DNA of 64,000 bases from Scenedesmus sp. PABB004. Taxonomy: Eukaryota. A model generated the notes under the pieces. That model was not told where the DNA came from and did no database searches. It worked only from the letters and a program-made list of their open reading frames with translations. Shown here one piece after another: positions 1 to 11,154 of this stretch (the stretch's first letter is position 1; each line of letters opens with the position of its first letter). Location of the stretch: positions 124,001 through 188,000 of the forward strand of contig JABVCE010000020.1 in the NCBI GenBank assembly GCA_014905635.1, in the 5' to 3' direction. The position numbers and the translations under genes were made by a program.

Positions 1-5
1 CGCAG

Positions 6-433
6 ACATGATGCCCAACCTGCGCGTCCTCCAGGCGCGGCGGGGGCGCAGCGCGGGCGCTCAGGCTCAGGCTCCGGTGCGAGGCCGCCGTCCCGGGCCG
101 TCAGACGCGTGACGCCGCGGCGCCCGCGCCGCCCGCCGCTGCTGCGTGCAGGTCACCGACGCGGCCCGCGCGGGCACCGCCGCCGCGGCCGAGGCGCCCG
201 CCGCGGCGGCCTCGCCCGTGGCCGCGCCTGCGGCCGCGGCCGAGCCCGGCGCGCCCGCGCCCGCGCCCGTGGCGGCGGCGGCGGCGGAGCTGGAGGTGGA
301 CGGCCTGGACGAGGTTGAGGTGTCGCCCGAGCTGCTGCGCACGCTCTCGCGGCGCATGAGCCTGAGGCGCAGCAGCATGCCCACGCCCGGCGGCCCGGGG
401 CCGCTGCGGCGCCAGTTCAGCAAGGCGTCGTGA
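6..433 (+). CDS. 3' end of a multi-exon gene entering from the left edge; unknown product
   Basis: cgcag|acatgatg...ctccag|GC intron to gtgcag|gtcacc at ~151; last exon VTDAARAG...LEVDGLDEVEVSPELLRTLSRRMSLRRSSMPTPGGPGPLRRQFSKAS*. Confidence 0.5.
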
Positions 434-816
434 GCCTCGCGGGGGAGACGGCGCGGCGGGCGGGCTGCGTTGCCGCTGCCGCTGCACGCACTGCGCAGGA
501 GTTGACCTATTTGCTTGCGCCCCATGCGCGCGTTCCGATCGAGTTGGGTGCTGGCCGAGTCGTGGGATGTGGGGCCTGGCCAAAAGAACAGAAAAGAAGG
601 GCAACGCACTGTCCACGGCGGGCCGCGCGGCGCTGCGACCGCAGAAGCGCAACAGCGGCGGCGCCGCTCCATCAAGCGTCCCATCGCAGCGGCGCTAGTC
701 CCGCCACTCGATCGCGCCCCGATCCGGCCCCCGCGACGCCCCGCGCGCGCCGGCGCGCAGCGCGCACACCCGCCGCTGCTCCCACACCCGTCGCCGCTGC
801 GCGGCTCCCTGCGGCC

Positions 817-2952
817 ATGCGGGCCGCCGCGGCGCTCTGGATTCTCGTGGCGCTGCTGGTCGCTCTGGGCGCCGCGGCGCAGAGCAGCCCGGCGCCGGCA
901 GCAGCGCGCGCCGCGGGCGCCGCGGCGCCGGCAGCAGCGCGCGCCGCTCGCGCCGCGGCGCCGGCGGCAGCGGGCGCCCCGGCGCCGGCAGCAGCGGGTT
1001 CGGCGGCGCCGGCAGCTCCGCCAGCAGCGAGCTCCGCCAGCAGCAAGCCGGCGCCGTCGGCCAAGCGCTCCTTCGCCCTCCCTCTCCGAACGGCGGGTCG
1101 CTGGATCGTCGACGCTAAAGGAGAGCGGGTGCGCCTCAAGTGCTCCTCTTGGAGCGGCGCGCAGGTAGGTTGGGATGGTCGTGCGCTGGCGGCGGCCGGC
1201 TGCGCGCGCGGCGGCTCGCTGCGGCCAGCCACCCGGCGCCGCCGCCGAATGGCGCCGCCGCCGCCTGTCCAGGAGCGCTGGTACGTCCCGAGCGGCCTCT
1301 GGGCGGTGCAGCGCGACGTCGTGCCCGCGCTCCTCCGGTCTGCGGGCTTCAACTGCGTGCGGCTGGTCTGGTCCCTCGAGATGGCGCTCGGCCGCGCCAA
1401 CGGCTCCGCCGCGGTCGTGCCGCCCGCCGCGGTCGCGGCCAACCCCGACCTGGTCGGCAAGCCGCCGCTGGCGGTGCTGGACGCGGTCATCGCCGCCATA
1501 GCGCGTGCGGGGCTGCTGGTGGTGCTCGACAACCACTCGTCCGACGCGATGTGGTGCGGCGGCGGCGGCGGCGGCGCTGTGCGGGGCGCGGGGCGCGGCC
1601 GAGCGGCCGGGCGGCGGGCGGCGGCTGGGCCCCTGACCGGCGCGGGGCGCGCCGCCCAACACGCAGGTGCTGCGGGCTGACCGACGGGAACGGCCTGTGG
1701 TACACGGACGCGTGGAGCGAGGCGCGCTGGCTGGAGGGCTGGGGCCTCATGGCGCGGCGCTACGCGCGCGTACAGGCTGTGATCGGCGTCGGCCTGCGCA
1801 ACGAGCCGCGGCCGACGTTCCGGCGCGGCGCGCTCGTGATGCCGACCTGGGGCGGCGCCGACCCCGCGACCGACTACGCGCTCGCGTTTGAAAAGGCCGC
1901 CGCCGCGGTGTTGGCCGTGCGCCCCGGCACGCTCGTGTTTGCCCAGGGCATGCTCGGCGGCCGCGACCTGCGCGGCGCGCGCCGCCGGCCGCTCGTGCTG
2001 CGCGCGGGCTGGCCGGACGGGCCGGTCGTGACGAACGCGACCGTGTACGAGGTGCGCGCCGCGCCGCGCCGCGCGCTCTGTGCACGCCCCGCGCAGGCCG
2101 CTCGCGCAGGCGGGCCGCCGCGCACCGCTTGAACGCGCTCGCGCCCTCACCCGCGCACCCCCCCCCCTCCCCCCTCCCTCTCCCCCGGGGCGGCACAGGT
2201 CCACGAGTATCCTTTCCTCTGGTGCGGCAGGCGGGCGGGCGGGCGGGCGGGCGGGCCCTCGCTGAGCGTGCTGCCCCACCGCACCCACCGCCCCCGCCGC
2301 CGCGCGCGCCGCGCCGCACTCGCTGCACCCACCGCGCCGCCGCCGTGCTCGCGCTCGCGACGACCGCCGCCACCGCCGCCGCTGCAGGGGCAGCTTTGAT
2401 TTCACTGACTATGCCTCCTACGCGCGCCGCCTGGACGAGGCGTGGGGCTACCTGCTGTCGAGCGGCGCCGCGCCGGTCTGGCTCGGTGCGCGCGGCCGCG
2501 CGCGCGCGCCCCGGCGGCGGGGCGCCGGCGGCAGCTGGGCCCGACGCCCGCGCCCGCCCCCGCGCCGGCCGCGCGCCCGCCCGCCCGCCCACCTGCGCGC
2601 CGCGCGCCAGGGGAATTCGGCACCGAGCACACCGCCGCTGGCCTGGCCAAGCCCTGGTGGCGCGCGCTCACGCGGTGCGGCGCGCCGGCGCGCGTGGCCT
2701 CGCTGCTGCGCGCGGGCGGTCGGCCCCGCGCGCCCGAGCTCACCGCCCCGCCACCGCCACCGCCACCGCCGCCGCCTCCGCCGGCGCAGCTACATAAAGG
2801 AGCGCTCGCTCGATTGGGCTTACTGGCCGCTGGATGGGCAACAGGGCCCGAGCCGGGCCTGGCGGGCGGAGGAGACATACGGGCTGCTCAACACGACCTG
2901 GAACGGCTGGGCGAGCGCGGCGCTGCTCGCGGAGCTGCAGGCGCTCATGTGA
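817..2952 (+). CDS. Secreted glycoside hydrolase family 5 (cellulase-like), multi-exon
   Basis: Signal peptide MRAAAALWILVALLVALGAAA, Ala/Pro linker, LRTAGRWIVDAKGERVRL, GFNCVRL, VVLDNH, catalytic LRNEPR, VHEY, VWL|GEFG nucleophile, DWAYWPLDG, ETYGLL; stop at 2950-2952. Confidence 0.9.
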
Positions 2953-3225
2953 CGGGGGCTCAGGCGCCGCATACGTATGGGTTTGAACAGGGGTTTATGA
3001 GGTTCCCTTGGACGCGAGTCGTTTTGGCCACTGCCCATGCTCGCTCCCCTCCCCCCACCTGCACCAACAAACCTGCGACCTGCAAACGCAATCACAGCGC
3101 CTCGTGCCGCGCCACACACGAAACACCTGAGAAGTAACCCCGTGCAACACCTGATCATTACTTGACCGCCTGCTGCCTGTGCACGTGAGTGCGGCGGCTC
3201 GCCGCCAGCGCGCGTGAGAGTTTGC

Positions 3226-5406
3226 TCACGCCCAGCCACCATACGTCGCGTACAGCCCCCACACCGCCAGCGGCTGCGCGCCCGCCGCGCCCACCACGCC
3301 CGCCTGCAGCGGCGCGGACCGCTCCTCCCCGGCGCAGCGAGCGCCGCCGCCCTCTGGCCCCGGCGCGCTCCGGCTGGGCTGCGCCGCCGACTCGCCAGCG
3401 CGTCGAGGCAGCTGGCCCCGCAGCTGCGCCAGCGCCCCTGCGCAGCCGAGGAGCGCAGCCAGGGCCGCAGCGCCAGCGGGCAGCAGCGCAGCCAGGGCGA
3501 CACGGTGCACCAGCGGGCGCGTGCGCGTGCGGCGCGTGCTGGGCTGCGCGCCGCCACGGGCCGGCGCTGCCGGCAGGGCCGCGCCCCCGGCCTGAGCGGC
3601 CGCGTCGCAGGCTGTGGCGGCTGCGGGCGTGCCGCTGGGCGGCTCAGCCGCGCCGGCGTCGGGCGCCTGGGCGAGAGCTGAGCACAGCTCCGGCACGGCG
3701 CTGGTGGCCGCCAGCAGGCTGCTCACTCCGCCTGCGGACAGCTGCCGCGACCCGGCCCCGCCGTCGCTGCTGCCGTCGCTGCCGCGCGGCGCCGCCGCCG
3801 CCAGCTCCTCTGCTGCCTCGCCGCCGCAGCTGCTGCCGCGCGACGAGGGGCGCGGGCTGAGCACCAGCGGGCTGCGCAGCGCGCGCGACGCGGTGCGCGG
3901 CCGCGGCGGCAGGCCCGAGTCGGAGCGCGCGCGAGCCCCCGCTGCGGCGCCGCCGGCGCTACGGCTCGCCGGCACGCGCTGCCGGAACACGGGTGAGCTG
4001 CGGTCCAACTCGGGCCTGCCGCCGCCGCTGCTGATGCTGCTCGCGCCCGACGCGCGGCGGCCCAGCTGCGCCAGCGGGCCGGCCACCGCGGCAAAGGGGC
4101 TGCGCTCGGCGGACGCCCGGGGCGGCGGCGCCTTGCCGGCCCTGAGCTCCGCCGCGCGGCGCGCCGCGTCGGCCGCCGCCGCCGCCGAGGCGCGCAGCAG
4201 GCCCTGGTCCAGCGGCCCGCCGCCGGCCGCGGTGAAGCTGGTGCGCAGCGTGCTGCTGGCGCGCGCGAGTGCGGTCATGCTGCCGCGCAGCCGCGCGTCG
4301 CGCTGCTCGAGCTTGGCCGCCAGGCCCGCCACCTCCGCCTCGAGCTGCGCGCGCGCGGCGGCTGCGGCCTCGGCGGCAGCGTGCGCGGCGCCGAGCTCGC
4401 CTGCGAGGCCGGCGGCCGTGCGCTCCAGCCCGGCGCAGCGCTCGGCGGACGTGGCCGACTCCTGCAGGCGCGCGCGGGGTGGGTGGGTGGGGGCGGGTGG
4501 GTCGGCACCTGCACACACGCACCACGGCGGCTGCTGGCGCATAACATGCCACACACACACCTGCTGCGCCACCAGCGCCCGGGTCCGCGCCACCACGAGC
4601 TCCAGCTCCGCGCGCGCGGCCCGGCACTGCGCCGCGGCCAGGTCTGACCGACACGCACTCAGCTCGCCCCTGAGCTGCTGCGCCGCCGCGGCCTCGTGCG
4701 CGGCCTCCGGCGCGCCCGCCGCGGCCGCGGCCGGGGCGCTGCGCAGGCGTTCCAGCCGCAGCTCCAGGCCCGCCGCCGCCTGCTGCGCCTGCGCCGCCTC
4801 TGCGGCCAGCTCGGCGTTGCGCGTGACCAGCGTCGCGGCGCGCTCGCCGGCCGCCGCCTCGCGCCCGCGCGCAGCCACGAGCTGGCCCTGCAGCGCCGCG
4901 TTGGCGTGCCGCGCCGCCGCGAGCTGCGCGCGCAGCGCGCACGCCGCGCCCTCGGCGTCGTCGGCGCGGCCGCGCGCCAGGGCCAGCTCTAGGCGGGCGG
5001 TCTCCAGGTCCACCAGGATGTCCTGCAGGTGGCCCTGCGTCGTCGTGAGCACGACCCAAAAGTCGAGCAGCGCGTCGCTCTCCTCCTCCGGCCGCTGCCG
5101 CCCCGGCGCCGGCGCCGCGCACTGCTGCCGGTGCAACGCGGCGAACTGCGCCTGCAGCGCCGCCTGCGCGGCCAGCTGGTCCGCCAGCTCGCGCTGGCCG
5201 CCACCTCCGACCTCGTGCACGGGGGAGGCGCTGCGCTCGGGCTCCGCGGGGCCGCCGCTGGAGCGGCCGCAGCGGCGGCGGCGCGCCGCGCGCTCGGCGG
5301 GGGCGGAGCCGGCCTTGTCCTTCAAGAGGTTTGACGACACCTGCAAGTCAGCCAGGGACGACTGGCAGGCATTGCCGTGCCCCGCAGGCGCGGCGGCGGG
5401 CTCCAT
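3226..5406 (-). CDS. Hypothetical long coiled-coil protein with a hydrophobic C-terminal segment
   Basis: Long ORF from MEPAAAP with heptad-like E/L/A/Q/R stretches (LQDILVDLETARLELALAR...); probable in-frame intron ~4468-4561 (CAG|GTGTGT...ctgcag); exact structure uncertain. Confidence 0.55.
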   Translation of the reverse strand: MEPAAAPAGHGNACQSSLADLQVSSNLLKDKAGSAPAERAARRRRCGRSSGGPAEPERSASPVHEVGGGGQRELADQLAAQAALQAQFAALHRQQCAAPAPGRQRPEEESDALLDFWVVLTTTQGHLQDILVDLETARLELALARGRADDAEGAACALRAQLAAARHANAALQGQLVAARGREAAAGERAATLVTRNAELAAEAAQAQQAAAGLELRLERLRSAPAAAAAGAPEAAHEAAAAQQLRGELSACRSDLAAAQCRAARAELELVVARTRALVAQQVCVWHVMRQQPPWCVCAGADPPAPTHPPRARLQESATSAERCAGLERTAAGLAGELGAAHAAAEAAAAARAQLEAEVAGLAAKLEQRDARLRGSMTALARASSTLRTSFTAAGGGPLDQGLLRASAAAAADAARRAAELRAGKAPPPRASAERSPFAAVAGPLAQLGRRASGASSISSGGGRPELDRSSPVFRQRVPASRSAGGAAAGARARSDSGLPPRPRTASRALRSPLVLSPRPSSRGSSCGGEAAEELAAAAPRGSDGSSDGGAGSRQLSAGGVSSLLAATSAVPELCSALAQAPDAGAAEPPSGTPAAATACDAAAQAGGAALPAAPARGGAQPSTRRTRTRPLVHRVALAALLPAGAAALAALLGCAGALAQLRGQLPRRAGESAAQPSRSAPGPEGGGARCAGEERSAPLQAGVVGAAGAQPLAVWGLYATYGGWA

Positions 5407-6205
5407 GGATGCCGCAGCCTTGGCCGGCCTCTCGCGGAGCGTGGGGGCGCCTCTGAGCCTCCGGCTTGCCGCGAGAGAGATCACTTTGATGTATGGTGTG
5501 TTTTGAACGCGCGTGGATGGGTTGGAAGGCGCTCGGCGAGGCGGTGGACCGCCTACTGCAGCTTGCTGTTTTTCTGCCTTGCGCGGGCAGCAGCGCAGCG
5601 CTGATTCGGGGCGCTGAACCTCTCCTATCCGTGATTCACGAGGTCTTCGCGCGTTTAAGGCTGCGTGCACGGCCCGGCGACGACTTGACTGCACGCCTCA
5701 GCGCGCCTCAGCGCCGGCAGCCCCCGCGCCGTCCGCCCACCGACAGTGGCGCCACAGGCGCGCCGCTGCTTCCGCCGCAGGGAGGAGCACTTAAGCGCTC
5801 GCGCGAGAGGCCCTCCCTGGGGCAGCTCCACACGCGCGCGCCCTCACGCGTGCCTCTGGCGCGCCGCCGACCAGCCCCCATACGCACAGTCCTGCCGCCT
5901 GCGACCGCAACCGCTCATCGTTGCTGGCACCACACCACCCGTGTGCACAGCCCAGCGCAGTGCCGCCGCGCACGTCAGTCTTGCAGGCACCGCGCGCGAG
6001 CGCACGCGCTTTGGGTTCCAGTCCAGCCCCAATCCCACGCCGCTGCCCTGTGTGCAGTGCAGTGCCGCCGTGCGCCAGGCCCGCCGCCGTGGTTTGCAGT
6101 GGTCGCCGCGCTTGCGTGAGTGCTGTGTGTGTGCAAGTGCGACCCTTGCCGGTGTGCTGGATCCCAGCGCTTGTCCCCCCAAGTGCACTCCCATGGCCGC
6201 AGCGC

Positions 6206-8982
6206 TCATGCCGCGCACAGGCCCGTGATGTTGGTGTTGCGCAGCGGGTGCGGTTCCAGCGCCGCGCCGCTCTCCAGCTCGCTGATCGGCACCCAACTCG
6301 TGCAGCCCCCAGGCTCCTCGCACACGCGCGGGTGCACCAGCACCTCCGTGCCGCGCTCGAGCCACGCGCGCGGCAGGCAGCCCGAGAGCCGCGGGTTGTC
6401 GCTGATGCCCAGGTTATTGAGCGGCATTGCCGCCCACTCTGCCGCTGGAAACTCACCCCGCAGGTCGCAGTAGCTCACATCCAGAGCACGCAGGCGCATG
6501 CCGCTCCACTCGGGCGGCAGCGTGGCGCCGAGCGGGTTGCCGGTGAGGTTGAGGCCGTTCAGTGTCGCCGACCAGGTGCCCCACTCGGGCGGCAGCGGGC
6601 CGCAGAGCTGGTTGTCGGCGAGATTGAGCCAGATGTATCCCGAGCAGCCTGGTGGCAGCAGGTGTGGATTTGGCGCTTAGTCAGGCAACCAGCCGGGCCT
6701 GACAGTAGCGCGCCGCCCGCCCAGCCGCCAGCAGCGGCAGCATGAGCGCACGTGGGCTGCCAGCAGCCCACCTTGACCGACATCCCAGCGTGCCCAGGCG
6801 GCCGGCAGCGTGGAGGTGAGGGCGTTGCCAGAGAGGTCGATCTTGCCAGCCCAGCCCCCTGGCGCCTCGGGCAGCGGGCCAGTGAGCTGGTTGTGGGCGA
6901 GGTTGAGCGCGCGTCCGCAAAGCCGAGGTGTGCTGCCAGCCGCCCACCCCGCCCAGCCGTCGATGGGGCCCGTCAGCTGCGGGCGGCGCGGGGCGGGTCG
7001 CACCGCAGGTCGGTCTGCGTCCGCGTGCGCCGTGCCGCCGCCTTGCCACCGCTGCCAGGCGACGCAGCGCACCTGGTTGTGGCTGAGGTCCAGGACCTTG
7101 ACATTGTTCATGAACACCCTGGGCGGCAGCGACCCCGACAGCGCGTTGTTTTGCAGGTACACAGAGCTCAGCGCTGCCATGCCGGCCCAGGCCTCGGGGA
7201 CTGCGCCGCTCAAGCTGTTGCTTGACAGGTCCAGCGTCGTGAGGTTGGCCATGCCGGCGCCCCAGGCGCTGGGCAGCGAGCCGGTCAGCACCTGGCCATG
7301 GAGGTCCAGCGACTGCAGCACGGTGAGCGCGCCCCACGACGCCGGCAGCGTCCCGCCGATGTGGTGCGCAGGGTCTTGAGAAACGCGCAGCTTGCGCAGC
7401 ACGGGCAGCGCGCCGGGTGCCAGGTCGTCGGCCAGGGAGGTGAAGCGGGCGTTGACGATTGTCACGCGGTCCACACGCGGCGGCAGCGCCGCCAGCGACA
7501 GCCGGCCAGTCAGACCCAGGCCGGAGAGGTCCAGCGTCTTGAGGCGCGCCATGCCGTGCCAGTCGGGCAGGGGCGCGTCGGCCGAAGAGAGCAGCAGCTG
7601 CAGGGCCAGCGCCTCCAAAGCGGTGAGTGCGCCCCACGTCGCCGGCAGCACGCCCCCGACGGGGAACGCACGGTCTTGCCGGACGCGCAGCGAGCGCAGC
7701 GCGGGCAGCGCGCCCGGTGCAAGGTCGTCGGCCAGCGAGGTGAAGCGGCAGTCGGCAAACGACACAGTCTCCACGCTCGACGGCAGCGCCGCCAGGGACA
7801 GTGCGCCGGTCAGACCCAACTCAAAGAGCTCAAGCTTCTTGAGGCTCACCATGCCACGCCAGTCGGGCAGGGGCGCGTCCGGCGAGGAGATTGCCAGGCT
7901 CAGGGCCAACTCCTCCAGCGCGGTGAGCGCGCCCCAGGACGCCGGCAGCGTCCCGTCGATGGAGTGTGCAGGGTCTTGATAGACGCGCAGCAAGCGCAGC
8001 GCGGGCAGCGCGCCCCGCGCCACGTCGTCGGCCAGGGAGGCAAAGCGGGTGCCGGCAAAGAACACACGCTCCACGCTGGGTGGCAGCGCCGCCAGCGGGA
8101 GCGGGCCGGTCACGCCCACGTTCTGGAGCTCAAGCGTCTTCAGGCCGGTGAGGTTGCGCCACTCCGCAGGCCACGACGGGGCGCTCAAGATCACGTCTGT
8201 CGCTTGAATCGCCCCAAGGCTGGCTGCCTCCAGCCCAGGGCCGAGCTCGCCCCAGGCGCGGGGGAGGCGGCCTGTCGACGGTTGGCTGAAGTACACGGCG
8301 ATCGTCGTCACCACGCGCGGCGCGCGGCCAGAGCACCTCCCTGCCAGGTGCACGGCTCGGTGCCGGCGCGCCAAGACTTGACGATTGGCTCGTTGCGCTG
8401 CAGGCCCAGCTCCTCCAGGCCGCGGCGCAGAATGGCCCCCAGCGGGTCGTCGGGCGGGCTGAGGGTCTCGTTGCATGCGGCCGCGCTCTTGGCGCCAGGG
8501 CCGGGCGTTGTCGTCAGCGCAGGGCAGGTGTTGCAGGGCCTGATGCCGGCCCCCGGCTTGGAGTTTGCCCACGTGCCGGTCGGGCAGGGCTCGCAGGTGC
8601 CGCCCGCGAGCGCCAGGCCGTAGCCGGCCCGGCAGTCGCTGCAGGCCGCCGGCGACGTCGTGCCTTCATGGGCTGTGGTGCGGCCCTTTGGGCAGCCCCG
8701 ACACCTGGCGTCCGGCCCGCCGGGCGACCACGAGCCGCGCTTGCACAGCGCGCAGTCGCCCGCGCCGGCCGACACGCCGCTGCCGGGCAGGCACTCAGCC
8801 GCGGGCGTGGCACTAGCGACCAGCAGGCTGCGGGAGCCACTCCCATCCGCCAGCAGGCCGCGCCTGCTGGGCCCGCGCGCCGCCGCGCCGCCGGCCGGGG
8901 CGGCCGCGAGCAGCAGCGCCAGCGCCGCCGCCGCCAGTGCGAGCGCGTGCCGCGCCAGCGCGCGGCCGCTGCGGCTGGGCAT
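6206..8982 (-). pseudogene. LRR cassette copy 1: signal peptide + Cys-rich (GCC2/GCC3-like) repeats + plant-type LRRs; frameshifted
   Basis: MPSRSGRALARHALAL..., CxxCxxGxWS repeats, EPCTWQG then frame switch at ~8335-8340 into CSGRAPRVV; LxxLDLSxNxLxG repeats; two introns shared with the paralogues; ends LRNTNITGLCAA*. Confidence 0.8.
7330..8150 (-). repeat. About three tandem 300-bp units, each 100 aa (four LRRs)
   Basis: Aligned landmarks recur at exact 300-bp period: ggcagcgccgccag at ~7482/7782/8082; gtcgtcggccag at ~7424/7724/8024. Confidence 0.9.
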
Positions 8983-9689
8983 GACTGGCCGGGAGGCGGA
9001 GCGCGTGCGGGCGAGGCGTGCCGGCCGCCCAGGGCGCGCTGCGACAGCGGACTGCGCGGGGTTGGTCTCGTGCCCACGGGGCCGCGGCAGCGCGGCGGTG
9101 CTAGAGTGTAAGTGTGTCGTGCGATGGATTCGAGTGGATGAAATGGATCGAGACCGGCGGTGCGGCCTGGTCGAGCGGGGCGGAGGCTGGCGCGGAAGCG
9201 CCCCAGAAGCGGAGCGGAGCCGTGCGGGCACCTGCCCGGCTGGCAGCGCTGTTGGGAGTTTTGACGCACACAGCGGCCGCACGGGGTGTGCGGGCAGGCC
9301 GCGACGAGCGTCACCGCGCGCCGCCGCTGCTCGCGACCTCTTGCAGCACAGCGCAGCCGCGTCCCCCTGGGCCGCGGCATCCCATGGTTGGGTGGCATGA
9401 GGCCAGAAGCGCACCCGGGCGGGCACGCGCCGGCGCACTGCGCTGCGCGCTGCGCTGCGCCCTGTGCTCCGGCCCCACCCGCCAGACGCCGCCTTGCTGA
9501 TGGGAATAGTGCCCCTCCACACGAGGCTGCGCCGCCCCTGCAGCGTCGGGAACGTCCCTGCAGACGCTTGAGAGCACAGCGGCGCAAGCGCGCAGCGCAT
9601 GCGTGCGTGCGTTGAGGCAGCCAGGCCAGGCGCTGCCTTCCGCCGTTGCTCGACTGTCAGCGGCGCCGCAGCGCACACGCGCCACTTTG

Positions 9690-11150
9690 CGCAACCCAAG
9701 CTCGGTCCCGCATGCGCAGCAACCCACACACATGAGTTGCGGAAGGCCGGCCGGCAGCGCACGCGCGCCGCCAGCAGCGCACCCCCACCAGCCCCAGCCC
9801 CACCAGCAGGGCTGCTGCCTGCTCAGTCCGGCGCCAAACCTGGCGGCCGCGCCTCCCGCGCCCCCGTGTGTTGAAAGCTCCCCAAGCGCAGTCACACTGC
9901 CAATGCATATGCCCCCTCGCTGCGGCGCAGAGAGGCGGCCCAGTGCCAGTGCGCGCGCGCCCAACTTGATTCTGGTGCCCCCCGGTCGCGCCACACCGCC
10001 CGACCCCCACGCAAGCTGGCCAGCTCAATAAATCCAGCCGGGCGGTTTGCACACATTGGCGCGCTGAGCGCGTCGGCGGCCCGCGCGAGTCAGGCTCTCA
10101 AATCGCCCGGCGCCCCGGAGACGCGGCCGCAGCGCCGCCCACGCAGCAATGTCGGCGCGCCGGGCTGGGGGGCGCTGCGCACCAATGAGGCCGGTGCATG
10201 CGTGCGTGCGTGGAGGCGGGGCCAGGCAGCCGCCTCGGGTCAGCCATCAAATGGCAGCGCGCCGCGCCACGCAGACCCCTGCAAACCCCAGCTCAATCCC
10301 ACCAGCACTCTTGAATTGGTGAACGCCCACGCCGGCAGCGCGCGCAGCCAGCGCCGCCCCCGCAGCGTGGTGGACCCCCCAGCAGTTGCTTGAGCGCACA
10401 GCAGACGCCGCGCCGCGCCCAGCCCCCACCCTAGTCAGTGCATTGCAAACAGTGCAAAAGCGCACATGCAGTGCAGCGGCACCGCGCCGGCGCGCCGCGT
10501 CCCACACCACGTCACCGCCGCCACCACCAGCGCTGTGCATGCGCCGCAGCCTTGGCCAGCAAGACCGATCTTGGTTGGGGCGAGCCGCCCAGTAGCCGTG
10601 CAGAGCCGGCATGCCGCCGGCAGCGCTCCCCGCCTGTCATTGAACGACCAAGCACATCCGCAGCCGGCCGCGGCCACCGCCACCAGCCCCATTGAACGAC
10701 CAAGCACACCCGCAGCCGGCGGCACCCACACCGACCCCCGCCACGCCAGCGCGAGCTTCCTGTTCAGTTCGGCGGCCCGCACCAAGCTTGGCGGCCGCGC
10801 CTCACGCGCCCCACGCCGTGCGCTGCTCGAGCACGCAGCAACACGTCTTGAGCTTCCCCAAGCGCAGTCATGCTGCCACATGCGGCAAAAGCCCCTCCTC
10901 CCCCAAGCCCCAAGCGCAGTGAGGCGGCCCCGTGCCTGTGCGCGTGCAAATTCAAGCCTCGGCGCGCGCGACCAGCGAGCGACCCACGCTAGCAGCTCCT
11001 GACCACCCGGCGCGCCAGTGGCCGCCCGCCGCCCACGCAGCAGCGCCACCGGGGGGGTCCCAGCGCCTGCCGCGCGCGCACCGCCGATCGTCAAAAGTGC
11101 ACCGGGGGTGCCAACACGCGCACGCCCCTCGCACCGACCAGCGACGGCTG
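9690..11150. repeat. Non-coding flank of the LRR cassettes, homologous (inverted) to 52990-53850 and 60490-61720
   Basis: caccacgtcaccgccgccaccaccagcgctgtgcatgcgccgcagccttggccagc (~10505-10560) matches the reverse complement near 53290-53345 and 61495-61550; 9690-9855 matches 61185-61350. Confidence 0.85.
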
Positions 11151-11154
11151 CTGC

